Source: Caulobacteraceae bacterium (GTDB taxonomy: Bacteria > Pseudomonadota > Alphaproteobacteria > Caulobacterales > Aquidulcibacteraceae). Taken from it: a DNA stretch of 64,000 bases. The notes under the pieces are model-generated. The model searched no databases. It worked only from the letters and a program-made list of their open reading frames with translations, and was not told the DNA's origin. Made by a program: the position numbers and the translations under genes. Below, in pieces: positions 46,709 through 55,767 of this stretch (positions are counted from its first letter, which is position 1; every line of letters begins with the position of its first letter). The stretch covers positions 162-64,161 of the forward strand of contig JANNFK010000031.1 in the NCBI GenBank assembly GCA_031379735.1, written 5' to 3'.

Positions 46709-47971
46709 ATGAGCCAAGCCGATCCAATCCGAACCGAAATGCTGGAGCTAGGCCGCCGCGCGGTTGCCGCCGCGCGCGCGCTCCGGGACGCCGCTTCGGA
46801 CCAACGCACCGCTGCCTTAGCCGCCATGGCGCAGCATCTGCGCGCGAATAGGGCGCAGATACTTGCAGCCAATGCAGCAGACCTGACAAACGCGCGAGAA
46901 CGCGAGCCGGCCTTCCTCGATCGCCTTACGCTCACGCCGGAACGGCTTGAAGCGCTCGCCCGCGCGCTCACCGCCATCGCACAACAACCTGATCGTGTGG
47001 GCGACGTGATGGCCGAGTGGCAGCGTCCCAACGGCCTTCGCATTGCGCGCGTGCGCACCCCTATCGGCGTCATCGGCATGATTTTCGAAAGTCGCCCCAA
47101 TGTCGCCGCCGAAGCCGGCGCGCTGGCCGTACGCTCCGGCAACGTCATATTGTTGCGCGGAGGATCAGACAGCGCACAGAGCGTGGCCGCCATCGCGGCA
47201 GCCCTGCGCGCCGGCTTGACCGAAGCCGGATTGAGCGCGGACTGCATCCAATCCGTACCATCCCGCGACCGCGCCGCCGTTGGCCTCATGCTCGAAGGAC
47301 TCGACGGCGCCATCGACGTTATCGTGCCGCGCGGCGGAAAGTCACTTGTGGCGCGCGTGAAGCAAGAGGCCCGCGTACCGGTCTTCGCGCACCTCGAAGG
47401 CATATGCCACACATACGTGCACGCAGCAGCGGCGCCGCGCAAAGCGGTCGAACTTGTAGTCAACGCCAAGATGCGGCGCGTGTCGGTCTGCGGCGCTACA
47501 GAGACGTTGCTCATCGACCGCGCAGTGGCGCCAACTTTGTTGCCGGAAATTGCCGCCGCCCTGCGTCTTGCCGGGTGCGAGCTTCGCGGCGACGAAGAAG
47601 CACGCGCGATCACAGCGATGGCGGCGGCCACCGAATCCGACTGGCGCACAGAGTATCTGGCGCCTGTGCTTTCCGTTCGCGTGGTTGAAGGCCTCAGCGA
47701 AGCGATCGAGCACATCGCGCACTACGGTTCGCAGCACACGGACTGCATCGTCACCGAGGATACGGCAGCAGCGGCCCAATTCCTGCGCGACGTCGACAGC
47801 GCGATCGTGATGCACAACGCATCGACGCAATTTGCAGACGGTGGAGAATTCGGTTTCGGTGGCGAGATCGGCATCGCAACCGGTAGGCTGCACGCCCGCG
47901 GTCCGGTCGGCGCAGAACAACTCACCACGTTCAAATACGTCGTGCGCGGCAACGGCCAGGTGCGACCGTAA
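46709..47971 (+). CDS. proA: Glutamate-5-semialdehyde dehydrogenase (gamma-glutamyl phosphate reductase)
   Basis: 420 aa. IFESRPNV, the [10 protein letters not shown] catalytic Cys context and HTDCIVTED are present. Confidence 0.9.
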   Translation: MSQADPIRTEMLELGRRAVAAARALRDAASDQRTAALAAMAQHLRANRAQILAANAADLTNAREREPAFLDRLTLTPERLEALARALTAIAQQPDRVGDVMAEWQRPNGLRIARVRTPIGVIGMIFESRPNVAAEAGALAVRSGNVILLRGGSDSAQSVAAIAAALRAGLTEAGLSADCIQSVPSRDRAAVGLMLEGLDGAIDVIVPRGGKSLVARVKQEARVPVFAHLEGICHTYVHAAAAPRKAVELVVNAKMRRVSVCGATETLLIDRAVAPTLLPEIAAALRLAGCELRGDEEARAITAMAAATESDWRTEYLAPVLSVRVVEGLSEAIEHIAHYGSQHTDCIVTEDTAAAAQFLRDVDSAIVMHNASTQFADGGEFGFGGEIGIATGRLHARGPVGAEQLTTFKYVVRGNGQVRP

Positions 47972-48083
47972 ACGACCGGCGCCCGATGGTTTGCTGCCGT
48001 TGCCGGACCTGGGCATCGCCGGCATAACTCTTGACGCGCGCGCGCAAGTGCGATCCGTTTGCCACGCCGAGGCCACCGAAGAC

Positions 48084-50102
48084 ATGTCCGACCATTCTAC
48101 AGATTCGCTCGAAGTAGCGTTGGCGCACGCCGAGCGTCTGCTGCAGCGCGATCCGAGGCTCGCCCTAGAACAGGCGGACGCCATTCTTGAAGCCGCGCCA
48201 CAGCATCCAAAAGCTCGGTTGATCAAGGGCAAGGCGTTGCAGCGCCAAGGCAGATCGCGTGACGCGTTAGCGGCATTCGAGGCCCTCTCACGCGAACAGC
48301 CGCGCTGGGCGGAGGCGCGCTATGAATTGGGCCAAGCTTGCGCCGCCGCGGGCGAAGTTGAGTCAGCGATTAGCGCACTCCGTGAAGCAGTCGAACTCTC
48401 TGATCAATATCCAGCTGCGTGGGGCGCGCTCGGCGATCTACTGTACGCCGTAGGCGCCGCCGCAGAGGCAGACGGCGCCTACGCCAATCAGATTCGCACT
48501 TCGACCAGCGATCCACGATTGATGCAGGCGGCCCTGGCGCTGTGCGCAAACAAGCTCGCGCCGGCGGAGGCGCTGCTACGTACGCACTTGAAAACTATGC
48601 CGACCGATGTCGCCGCCATTCGGATGCTCGCCGAAGTTGGAGCGCGGCTTGGACGTTATGGCGACGCGGAAAAACTGCTCGCCCGCTGCCTTGAGCTTGC
48701 GCCGAGCTTTGCCGCCGCGCGGCACAATTACGCGATCGTTCTATTTCGGCAGGGTAAGACGCTGGAAGCGCTGCGCGAGATTGAAGTGGTGCGAAAGGAG
48801 CATCCCGAAAACGCGGCCTATCGCAACTTCACCGCCGCGGTGCTCGCGCGCTTGGGCGAGTACGCAGATGCAATCGAACTCTACGAGCAACTGATCGTGG
48901 ATCGGTCAGAGCAACCTAGAGTTTGGCTTAGCTATGGTCACGCGCTCAAGACCGCTGGCCGCACCGCAGACGCCATCGCGGCGTATCGCAAGGCTGTCGC
49001 GCTCAATCCGCGATTTGGCGATGGTTATTGGAGTCTCGCCAACCTGAAGACGTTTCGCTTCACGTCCGCCGAAATCGACGCCATGCGCGCCGCGCTTAAC
49101 GCAGACGACCTCGACGAAGACGATCGCTTCCACATCGATTTCGCGCTGGGAAAGGCGCTTGAGGACGCTGGCGATTATGCTGACTCATTTGCGCACTATG
49201 CCGAAGGCGCGCGCAGACGGCGTGCGCTCGTCACTTATGATCCCGAACAAATCACCGAACAGGTGCGGCGTACAAGAGCGCTTTTCACTACGGATTTTCT
49301 GGCCGCGCGAGGGGGACAAGGCGCGCAGGCGCCGGATCCGATCTTCATTGTCGGCCTCCCGCGGTCGGGATCGACCTTGCTTGAGCAAATTTTGTCGAGC
49401 CATTCGGCGATAGAGGGCACAATGGAATTGCCCGATATTGCGGCGATCGCCCGCGATCTTGGGGAGAAGAAACTTCGCAGCGAAACGTCCAAGTATCCTG
49501 AAATCCTGGCCGATCTCTCGCCGGAGGCGCTACGCGGGCTTGGTGAAAGCTATATTGAACGCACGCGGATTCAGCGCCGGAGCGCAAAACCGTTGTTCAT
49601 CGACAAAATGCCAAACAATTGGCTGCATGTCGGTTTGATCACGCTTGCACTGCCCAACGCCAAAATCATCGACGCGCGCCGCCATCCAGTGGCGACGTGC
49701 TTTTCGGCGTTCAAGCAGCACTTCGCGCGCGGCCAGACCTTCACCTACGATCTAACCGAGCTCGGCCGATACTATCGCGACTACCTTGCTTTGATGGCGC
49801 ATTTCGACGCCGTCGCGCCGGGCCGCGTGCATCGTGTGTTCTACGAGGGCCTCGTTGCAGACACGGAAGCACAAGTGCGCAGAACGCTCGCCTATTGCGG
49901 GCTCCCCTTCGAGAGCGCGTGTCTGGCGTTCTTCGCGACAGACCGTCCAGTCCGCACCGCAAGCTCCGAACAGGTGCGCCAACCCATCTTCCGCGAGGGC
50001 GTCGACCAATGGCGCCGATACGATCCTTGGTTAAAGCCTCTCAAGGAAAGCCTCGGCCCAGAGGGCATGAACTACCCGGAGGCTTTCAAGGCTGACGAGT
50101 GA
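48084..50102 (+). CDS. TPR-repeat protein with C-terminal sulfotransferase domain
   Basis: ATG at 48084 is chosen because the upstream part of the track ORF overlaps proA. The N-terminal half carries TPR repeats. The PAPS-binding 5'-PSB motif GLPRSGSTLLEQILSSH is present. Confidence 0.75.
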   Translation: MSDHSTDSLEVALAHAERLLQRDPRLALEQADAILEAAPQHPKARLIKGKALQRQGRSRDALAAFEALSREQPRWAEARYELGQACAAAGEVESAISALREAVELSDQYPAAWGALGDLLYAVGAAAEADGAYANQIRTSTSDPRLMQAALALCANKLAPAEALLRTHLKTMPTDVAAIRMLAEVGARLGRYGDAEKLLARCLELAPSFAAARHNYAIVLFRQGKTLEALREIEVVRKEHPENAAYRNFTAAVLARLGEYADAIELYEQLIVDRSEQPRVWLSYGHALKTAGRTADAIAAYRKAVALNPRFGDGYWSLANLKTFRFTSAEIDAMRAALNADDLDEDDRFHIDFALGKALEDAGDYADSFAHYAEGARRRRALVTYDPEQITEQVRRTRALFTTDFLAARGGQGAQAPDPIFIVGLPRSGSTLLEQILSSHSAIEGTMELPDIAAIARDLGEKKLRSETSKYPEILADLSPEALRGLGESYIERTRIQRRSAKPLFIDKMPNNWLHVGLITLALPNAKIIDARRHPVATCFSAFKQHFARGQTFTYDLTELGRYYRDYLALMAHFDAVAPGRVHRVFYEGLVADTEAQVRRTLAYCGLPFESACLAFFATDRPVRTASSEQVRQPIFREGVDQWRRYDPWLKPLKESLGPEGMNYPEAFKADE

Positions 50103-50173
50103 GGCTTTGGCGCAACAGCCAGCTGCATCGGACTGTAGTACCGCTAGTGTAGTCGCAAAAGCAGGGGCGCTTC

Positions 50174-52558
50174 ATGATCGCCAATACCTCGAAGTCCAAG
50201 GGCGCAAATATCCTCGCGTGGACGCCCCTTTTGATGATCACGACGATGCTCACAAGCATCGCCCCGGCCATGGCGCAGGACGCGAACGATGACACCATCA
50301 TCGTCACCGCGCAAAAGCGCGAAGAAGATCTTCAAGACGTGCCGATGAGCATTCAAGCGCTTGGCGAAGAGCGCCTGGAAGACCTGAATGTCTCCAGCTT
50401 CAACGATTTCGCTCAGTACCTACCGAGCCTCTCCTATCAATCCATCGGCCCCGGCTTTGCGCGCACTTTCATGCGCGGCGTAGCGAGTGGCGATAACGGC
50501 AACCATTCTGGTCCATTGCCCAGCGTAGGCATCTATCTCGACGAACAGCCAGTCACGACCATTACCGGCGCGCTCGATATTCACGTCTACGATATTGCGC
50601 GCGTGGAAGCGCTCGCCGGTCCGCAGGGCACGCTTTACGGCGCGAGTTCGCTCGCCGGCACTGTGCGTATCATCACCAATCAGCCGGACCCGGACGCATT
50701 CTCCGCTGGCTTTAGCCTCGAAGGCTCGTCGATCGATCATGGCGGCCTCAGCGGCGGCGCCGAAGGCTTCATCAACATTCCGCTCTCGAACCGCGCGGCC
50801 ATTCGCCTCGTCGCCTGGAATGAGCATGACGGCGGCTACATCGACAACGTCCAAGGCACGCGAACCTATCCGACCTGCGATGCGGGCCCGAACAACGGCT
50901 CGTGCACGATCGACAACGCGGCCATTGCTCAAGACGATTACAACCCTGTTGATACGTACGGCGCGCGCGCCGCGCTGCGCATCGAGCTCAACGATAGCTG
51001 GACGATCACGCCAACCATTATGGCGCAGGATCAGCGCAGCGAAGGCATCTTTGCGTTTGATCCAAACGTCGGCGACCTGGCGGTCACCCACTTCCTGCCC
51101 GAGAGCGCGCATGACGCATGGTATCAAGCGGCGCTGACCATTAACGGCACGATCGGGAATCTCGACCTCGTTTACGCCGGCGCCTTCATGAGCCGCGCCG
51201 TCGATTCCGAGTCCGACTATTCCGACTACTCTTTCTTCTACGACACGCTCGCCGGCTATTACATGTATGACGAGAGCGGCGTGCTCTACACCGATCCGTC
51301 GCAAGGCATTATCGGGCGCGATCGCTACACCAAGGAAAGCCACGAACTGCGTATTTCAACGCCAGGCGAAAACCGTTTGCGTTTCGTCGGCGGCCTCTTC
51401 TACCAGCGCCAAGTGCACGACATCGAACAGCGCTACACGATTGCCGGGATGTTCGATGACTTCGAGGTGCCGGGCTGGGACGACACGATCTGGCTGACGG
51501 CGCAACAACGCGTCGATCGCGACGAGGCGGCGTTCGGACAGCTCGCTTTCGATTTTACCGACCAGCTGACCGGCACAGTGGGCCTGCGCACGTTTCGCTC
51601 TCACAATACGCTAGTCGGTTTCTTCGGCTATGGCGCTGGGTTCAGCGGCTCAACCGGCGAGGCAGCGTGCTTCACCTTCGTCGAATATCATGGCGCGCCT
51701 TGCATCAATCTCGATCGCGGCATCGAGGAAACGGGCAACACACACAGCGTCAATCTCACATATCATTTCACGCCAGACATGATGGTCTATGGCACGTGGT
51801 CTAGCGGCTTCCGGCCCGGCGGCGTCAACCGGCGCATTTTCCAACAGGCGCTCTACAATTCCGACACGCTGACTAACTATGAGTTGGGCTTCAAATCGTC
51901 CTGGAACCAAAATCGCTTCCGCTTCAACGCGGCGGTCTTCCAAGAAGATTGGCAAGACTTCCAATTCTCCTTCCTCGGTCAAAATGGTCTGACTGAAAAT
52001 CGCAACGCCGGCGACGCGCGCATTCTGGGCGTCGAAGCCGATCTCACTTGGCGGCCAATCGATGGACTCACGATCTCGGCGGCGGGCGCCTACCTGCAGG
52101 GCGAAATTCTGCAAAACTATTGCTCGCTGATCTTGCCGGCCGGCACGCAAACGACTGACTGCCCCACCGCTGACAGCGATCTTCTGGCGCCGTCCGGAAC
52201 GTCGCTGCCGGTTACGCCGGACTTCAAAGGCGATCTGACCATTCGCCAAGAGTTCGAGATGATGCATCTCCCCTCCTATTGGCAGGCGGCGGTCGTTCAT
52301 CAATCGGGCGCCACGCAGGATCTGCGCACGTTCGAAAGCGCCATTATCGGATCGTTGCCCGCGTACACGTCGTTTGATCTGTCCGCCGGATTCGAGACTG
52401 AGTTCTTCAATCTCGATTTCTTCATCCGCAACGCCACCGACGAGCGCGGCGAGCTTTATCGCTATACGGAATGCCAAATCGCCGTGTGCGGTGCGCAATA
52501 TTATGTCGCGCCAATCCAGCCGCGCACGATCGGCGTTCGCTACAGTCAAGCCTTCTAG
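50174..52558 (+). CDS. TonB-dependent receptor
   Basis: 794 aa. It has a signal peptide, the plug start DDTIIVTAQKREEDLQDVPMSIQAL, and a C-terminal barrel ending ...RTIGVRYSQAF (terminal aromatic residue). Confidence 0.9.
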   Translation: MIANTSKSKGANILAWTPLLMITTMLTSIAPAMAQDANDDTIIVTAQKREEDLQDVPMSIQALGEERLEDLNVSSFNDFAQYLPSLSYQSIGPGFARTFMRGVASGDNGNHSGPLPSVGIYLDEQPVTTITGALDIHVYDIARVEALAGPQGTLYGASSLAGTVRIITNQPDPDAFSAGFSLEGSSIDHGGLSGGAEGFINIPLSNRAAIRLVAWNEHDGGYIDNVQGTRTYPTCDAGPNNGSCTIDNAAIAQDDYNPVDTYGARAALRIELNDSWTITPTIMAQDQRSEGIFAFDPNVGDLAVTHFLPESAHDAWYQAALTINGTIGNLDLVYAGAFMSRAVDSESDYSDYSFFYDTLAGYYMYDESGVLYTDPSQGIIGRDRYTKESHELRISTPGENRLRFVGGLFYQRQVHDIEQRYTIAGMFDDFEVPGWDDTIWLTAQQRVDRDEAAFGQLAFDFTDQLTGTVGLRTFRSHNTLVGFFGYGAGFSGSTGEAACFTFVEYHGAPCINLDRGIEETGNTHSVNLTYHFTPDMMVYGTWSSGFRPGGVNRRIFQQALYNSDTLTNYELGFKSSWNQNRFRFNAAVFQEDWQDFQFSFLGQNGLTENRNAGDARILGVEADLTWRPIDGLTISAAGAYLQGEILQNYCSLILPAGTQTTDCPTADSDLLAPSGTSLPVTPDFKGDLTIRQEFEMMHLPSYWQAAVVHQSGATQDLRTFESAIIGSLPAYTSFDLSAGFETEFFNLDFFIRNATDERGELYRYTECQIAVCGAQYYVAPIQPRTIGVRYSQAF

Positions 52559-52562
52559 CGTT

Positions 52563-52601
52563 CAAAGCTGGCGGGAACGTCTCGTTCCCTCCACAGCTTT
52601 G
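52563..52601. terminator. Long nested hairpin between the convergent TonB receptor gene and the hydrolase remnant
   Basis: The outer arms are CAAAGCTG (52563-52570) / CAGCTTTG (52594-52601). The inner arms are GGGAACG (52573-52579) / CGTTCCC (52583-52589). There is no clean U-run, so terminator function is inferred from position only. Confidence 0.45.
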
Positions 52602-52617
52602 AAGAGACGTTAGCCCC

Positions 52618-53151
52618 TCACGTTTGCTGTGCCGCCAAGAACTTGACGGCGGGTTCGTCTGGCTCGGCCTTTTCGGGCAGCGCGTGATTTGCGAAGGGGC
52701 GTCTCTCGTCCGCGACAGCGAGTTCGCAGCGCTCGAAGACATCCTCCGCCATTTGTTGAGCGTTGGCGAGCATCGGATCGCACTGAGAACCGAACATCAG
52801 AGTCGGCATGCTGATGCGGGTCTGCTCTGGTCCTAGTGCTTCACGGATGTGTCGCTGCATCGTCGGGGAAGTGGCGCCGGCAAAGCTCATCACAAACCTG
52901 ATGGACTGAAACGCGTCGTGTCCCGCCTCCCGAGCAGCCGCGACCAGCAGCGCCATGCCCCCGTCGTTGGAATAGCCGGCAATGCCGTCGGGACGTTCGC
53001 GGCGGCAGACCTTCGCGAGCAAGTCCATGCTGGCTTCGAGGCCGACATAGCGTCCTAGCTGCAGGAATTCCCCTAAACTTCCTTCTTTCTCCGGCCGATG
53101 CGCAAAGATTTGGGCGTGCGCTCCTGCAAGCGGATGGGTCCTGAACGGCGG
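52618..53151 (-). pseudogene. C-terminal two-thirds of an alpha/beta serine hydrolase (FSH1-like), apparently lacking its N-terminal segment
   Basis: The nucleophile elbow GYSNDGGMA lies only about 20 residues after the first Met. The frame stays open upstream to a TAG at 53152-53154 without any start codon. A possible N-terminal piece (LDCFQPGASGG) appears only in another frame further upstream. Confidence 0.4.
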
Positions 53152-53342
53152 CTAAGTCCCTTCCGCCGCTCGCGCCTGGTTGAAAACAATCAAGCTTCAG
53201 CCTCGCTTCGGATCGGCGCCTCGGTCGGTACGTGTTGCACTCACCAATTGAGACCGCCCTCTATTGCGGTCAGTGGCTTAGCGCCCGCAGCAACGGCGTG
53301 TTGCGCCGACAACGGCCGTCCGAAACATCACGTTCCCAGCAG

Positions 53343-53999
53343 CTATTGCGTCCCGGCACGCCGCCGGTAGGTGAAATCCCACTCAACGTTCCAGGTCTGT
53401 GCGGCGTCGTCGAACACTTCACCCCATTGGCGCACCGTTCGGTCGTCAATCCGCTGGAAGTTCATGCGTCGGCGTCCAGGTGACTGGCCTTGTGCACTTG
53501 GACCTAGATTGTCGAGACGAAGCACGCCCTCGTTGTCGAGCACGCCAGAAAACTCCGTGCGCGATCCGTTAGCGTCCGCCCAAGTCTGATGCCATTTTTG
53601 GTCCGCCGGATCGTACACGTTTATCGAATGGCCATGGCCGCCGCCGAACGGGCGCCAGTGTTCGATGATGACGCAACCTTGATCTGTAAGCGTGATCGAG
53701 CTTTCAGCGACGGTGACACCGCTTGTTGATCCACTTGGCGAGACGTCCCATTCACCGAGCCAAAAATCGAACTGCCGACTCTCAGGGCTCACGCACCCTG
53801 CTGGCCGCTGCGGGCGCACTGCGCGGCCCTGAATAATGGCGCGCTGTTGTGTGACCTCGTCGCGAAGCTCCTGGCGGCTCATCGTGTTAGGCGCCGGTAG
53901 CGGCGCTTGCTGCGCCGTTTGGGCAGACGCAAGCGCGGGCGAGATCGACAGCATAAGCGCGGTGACTATGGCGAAACGCATTGTACCCCCTCGACGCAT
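53343..53999 (-). CDS. Exported hypothetical protein
   Basis: Signal peptide MRFAIVTALMLSISPALASAQ. The mature part (FDFWLGEWDV...IIEHWRPFGGGHGHSINVYD...QTWNVEWDFTYRR) is Trp-rich and beta-looking, and I recognise no family with confidence. It lies 6 nt downstream of the TIR gene. Confidence 0.6.
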   Translation of the reverse strand: MRRGGTMRFAIVTALMLSISPALASAQTAQQAPLPAPNTMSRQELRDEVTQQRAIIQGRAVRPQRPAGCVSPESRQFDFWLGEWDVSPSGSTSGVTVAESSITLTDQGCVIIEHWRPFGGGHGHSINVYDPADQKWHQTWADANGSRTEFSGVLDNEGVLRLDNLGPSAQGQSPGRRRMNFQRIDDRTVRQWGEVFDDAAQTWNVEWDFTYRRRAGTQ

Positions 54000-54005
54000 G
54001 AACCT

Positions 54006-54731
54006 TCATCCGTAGCCGCGCGGCCACACCGAGTTCAATTCGATTGCGAGGAACGGTGCTGAGAAGGCGATAGGCGCGCAAATTGCGCCGCCGGCGGCGC
54101 GGCAGAGGCGCTCCAAAGGCATGATCTTGCTCAGATCCAGGATGCCCGTATTGACGCTAGAACGAATGGCTGTTGCCAATCGCTCCAGGTCGTCGTGAAA
54201 ATCCGGATCGCGCCGAATGATCGCCGCGTTACGGCGCAGAAGCGGCTTCAAGCTATCGGGCACTTCCTCGCCACGCGGCATCTGTGCGCCGTTGACCAGC
54301 ACAGGCGCGACAAGAACGCCCGGCGTGGCTAGCGCAGTTTCAATCTCGATGCGAACCCAGTCGTGATCGTCGTCTAGACGGCGCTTGCCGGTTTCGTCCT
54401 TGGACTCGAGCCGATGCGGCCCGATCAGAGCAATCGCTACACGGCAGCGCGGCAGAACAGTTTTGATGTAATCACCGAAATCGACACCGGGGCCGATGTT
54501 ATCGACATCCTTAAAGACGCGCTGCTTGCCGAAGCGCTGCGACATCGCATCATAAATGCGCCCCGCCACATCGGCGGTGTCGTCCCGCCGATAGCTCTGC
54601 CCTCGCTTGCTCGCGCGAGCGATAGGTTTTGCGCGCTGTACGCTCGGTTTTGAGTGACGGGAAGAAGCTCTCCGTCGCCGCATTGTCCCAGCAATTGCCG
54701 GCTCGATTGCGGTCAGTGATCTAGCGCACAC
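54006..54731 (-). CDS. TIR domain protein (TIR_2 type), no other recognisable domain
   Basis: The core SYRRDDTADVAGRIYDAMSQRFGKQRVFKDVDNIGPGVDFGDYIKTVLPRCRVAIALIGPHRLESKDETGKRRLDDDHDWVRIEIETALATPGVLVAPVLVNGAQMP matches the bacterial TIR_2 pattern. The N-terminus is uncertain: it is arginine-rich, and the usual VFISY strand reads RGQSY. Confidence 0.7.
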   Translation of the reverse strand: MCARSLTAIEPAIAGTMRRRRASSRHSKPSVQRAKPIARASKRGQSYRRDDTADVAGRIYDAMSQRFGKQRVFKDVDNIGPGVDFGDYIKTVLPRCRVAIALIGPHRLESKDETGKRRLDDDHDWVRIEIETALATPGVLVAPVLVNGAQMPRGEEVPDSLKPLLRRNAAIIRRDPDFHDDLERLATAIRSSVNTGILDLSKIMPLERLCRAAGGAICAPIAFSAPFLAIELNSVWPRGYG

Positions 54732-54865
54732 CGCTGGGCTCGAAGTCGCCGACTGCGGTCACTGACGCGCTTCCATCAATCCTCGAACAGGGGGGTCTGC
54801 ACGCCTCGCAATGCGAGGTCGACGACGCAATCCCACACTGGCGTTCGCGAGTTCCGCATGCAATT

Positions 54866-54894
54866 CTCCCCCTGGAGTTGAAAGAGAGGGGGAG
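54866..54894 (+). promoter_or_regulatory. Hairpin whose 3' arm is the Shine-Dalgarno sequence of the muramidase-like gene
   Basis: CTCCCCCT (54866-54873) and AGGGGGAG (54887-54894) are perfect 8-nt complements separated by 13 nt. The ATG is at 54899, 4 nt after the 3' arm. Confidence 0.5.
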
Positions 54895-54898
54895 TGAT

Positions 54899-55705
54899 AT
54901 GCATCGCCGAACCGTGCTTATGGGCCTCGCCGCCGTTGGCGCGACCGCAGCAACGCGGGCGCGCGCGCAGGCAAACGATTTTGACGCGCTGCTCGCTCAA
55001 CTGAACGCTGATCCTTCACTGGTTGAAGGCGCCTGGGCGGCGTCCAACCATCAAAACGCCGCCGAGCGCAGCGTGGGCATAGGCGAACCGTCCACTCGCC
55101 GCATTTCCCAACGCGCGATCGACATGATCATCAAGCTCGAAGTCTCGAGTCAGGCTCAATACGAAAGCCGATACACGCACCCAATTTGGCCAGGCGGACA
55201 GTCAGGTGTCACCATTGGCATCGGCTACGACCTCGCCTTCGCAAATGCTGAATATATGCAGCGCGATTGGGGCGCACTCGTTCTGGCGGAAGCGATTACC
55301 CGCCTGAGCACGACATTCACACTACGAGGCGCGGCAGCGCAGCAAGCTGTCCCTGCTCTGCGCGATATTGTCATTCCCTGGGATGCCGCGTGCCAGCAAT
55401 TCGACGCGTTCCTACCCTATCCGACAGCGCAGGCTGAACGCATTTTTCCTAATAGCGACAAGCTGAGCGATGACAGCTTCGGCGCGCTTGTATCGCTGGT
55501 CTATAATCGCGGCGCATCGATTGCTGCGGGCAGCACGCGGCGCCGCGAAATGCGTGACATTCACTTCCTGATGGCCGAAGAGAACTTCGACCCTATTCCG
55601 CAGAAAATTCGCGATATGAAGCATCTCTGGGATCCTGTAACGCAACGCGGTTTGCACATTAGGCGCGATCTTGAGGCGAGCTTGTTCGAACTCGGCAGAA
55701 CCTAA
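54899..55705 (+). CDS. Tat-exported GH24-like (phage/T4-type lysozyme fold) protein
   Basis: Twin-arginine signal MHRRTVLMGLAAVGATAATRARAQA. The pattern IDMIIKLEVS...GVTIGIGYDL...FGALVSLVYNRG...RGLHIRRDLEASLF follows the GH24 lysozyme layout, with the catalytic Glu candidate in KLEVS. Confidence 0.6.
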   Translation: MHRRTVLMGLAAVGATAATRARAQANDFDALLAQLNADPSLVEGAWAASNHQNAAERSVGIGEPSTRRISQRAIDMIIKLEVSSQAQYESRYTHPIWPGGQSGVTIGIGYDLAFANAEYMQRDWGALVLAEAITRLSTTFTLRGAAAQQAVPALRDIVIPWDAACQQFDAFLPYPTAQAERIFPNSDKLSDDSFGALVSLVYNRGASIAAGSTRRREMRDIHFLMAEENFDPIPQKIRDMKHLWDPVTQRGLHIRRDLEASLFELGRT

Positions 55706-55767
55706 CGCGGCGCTGCCGAGTAGAGCACTGGGTTAGCGGGCCGCCTGGGAGAATTCGGGGAGCGATC

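Noticed and set aside
46699-47715. 338-aa ORF antisense to proA. Similar long antisense or alternative-frame ORFs lie inside other genes (for example 38259-39131, 33713-34891, 27618-28448, 9326-10096, 11396-12157, 50420-51343, 51650-52549, 60179-61018, 44833-45438, 40756-41514).
   Set aside because: Each lies entirely within a gene whose product I can recognise on the other strand or frame. Their translations are Arg/Ala/Pro/Gly-rich and low in complexity, as expected for stop-poor frames in high-GC DNA.
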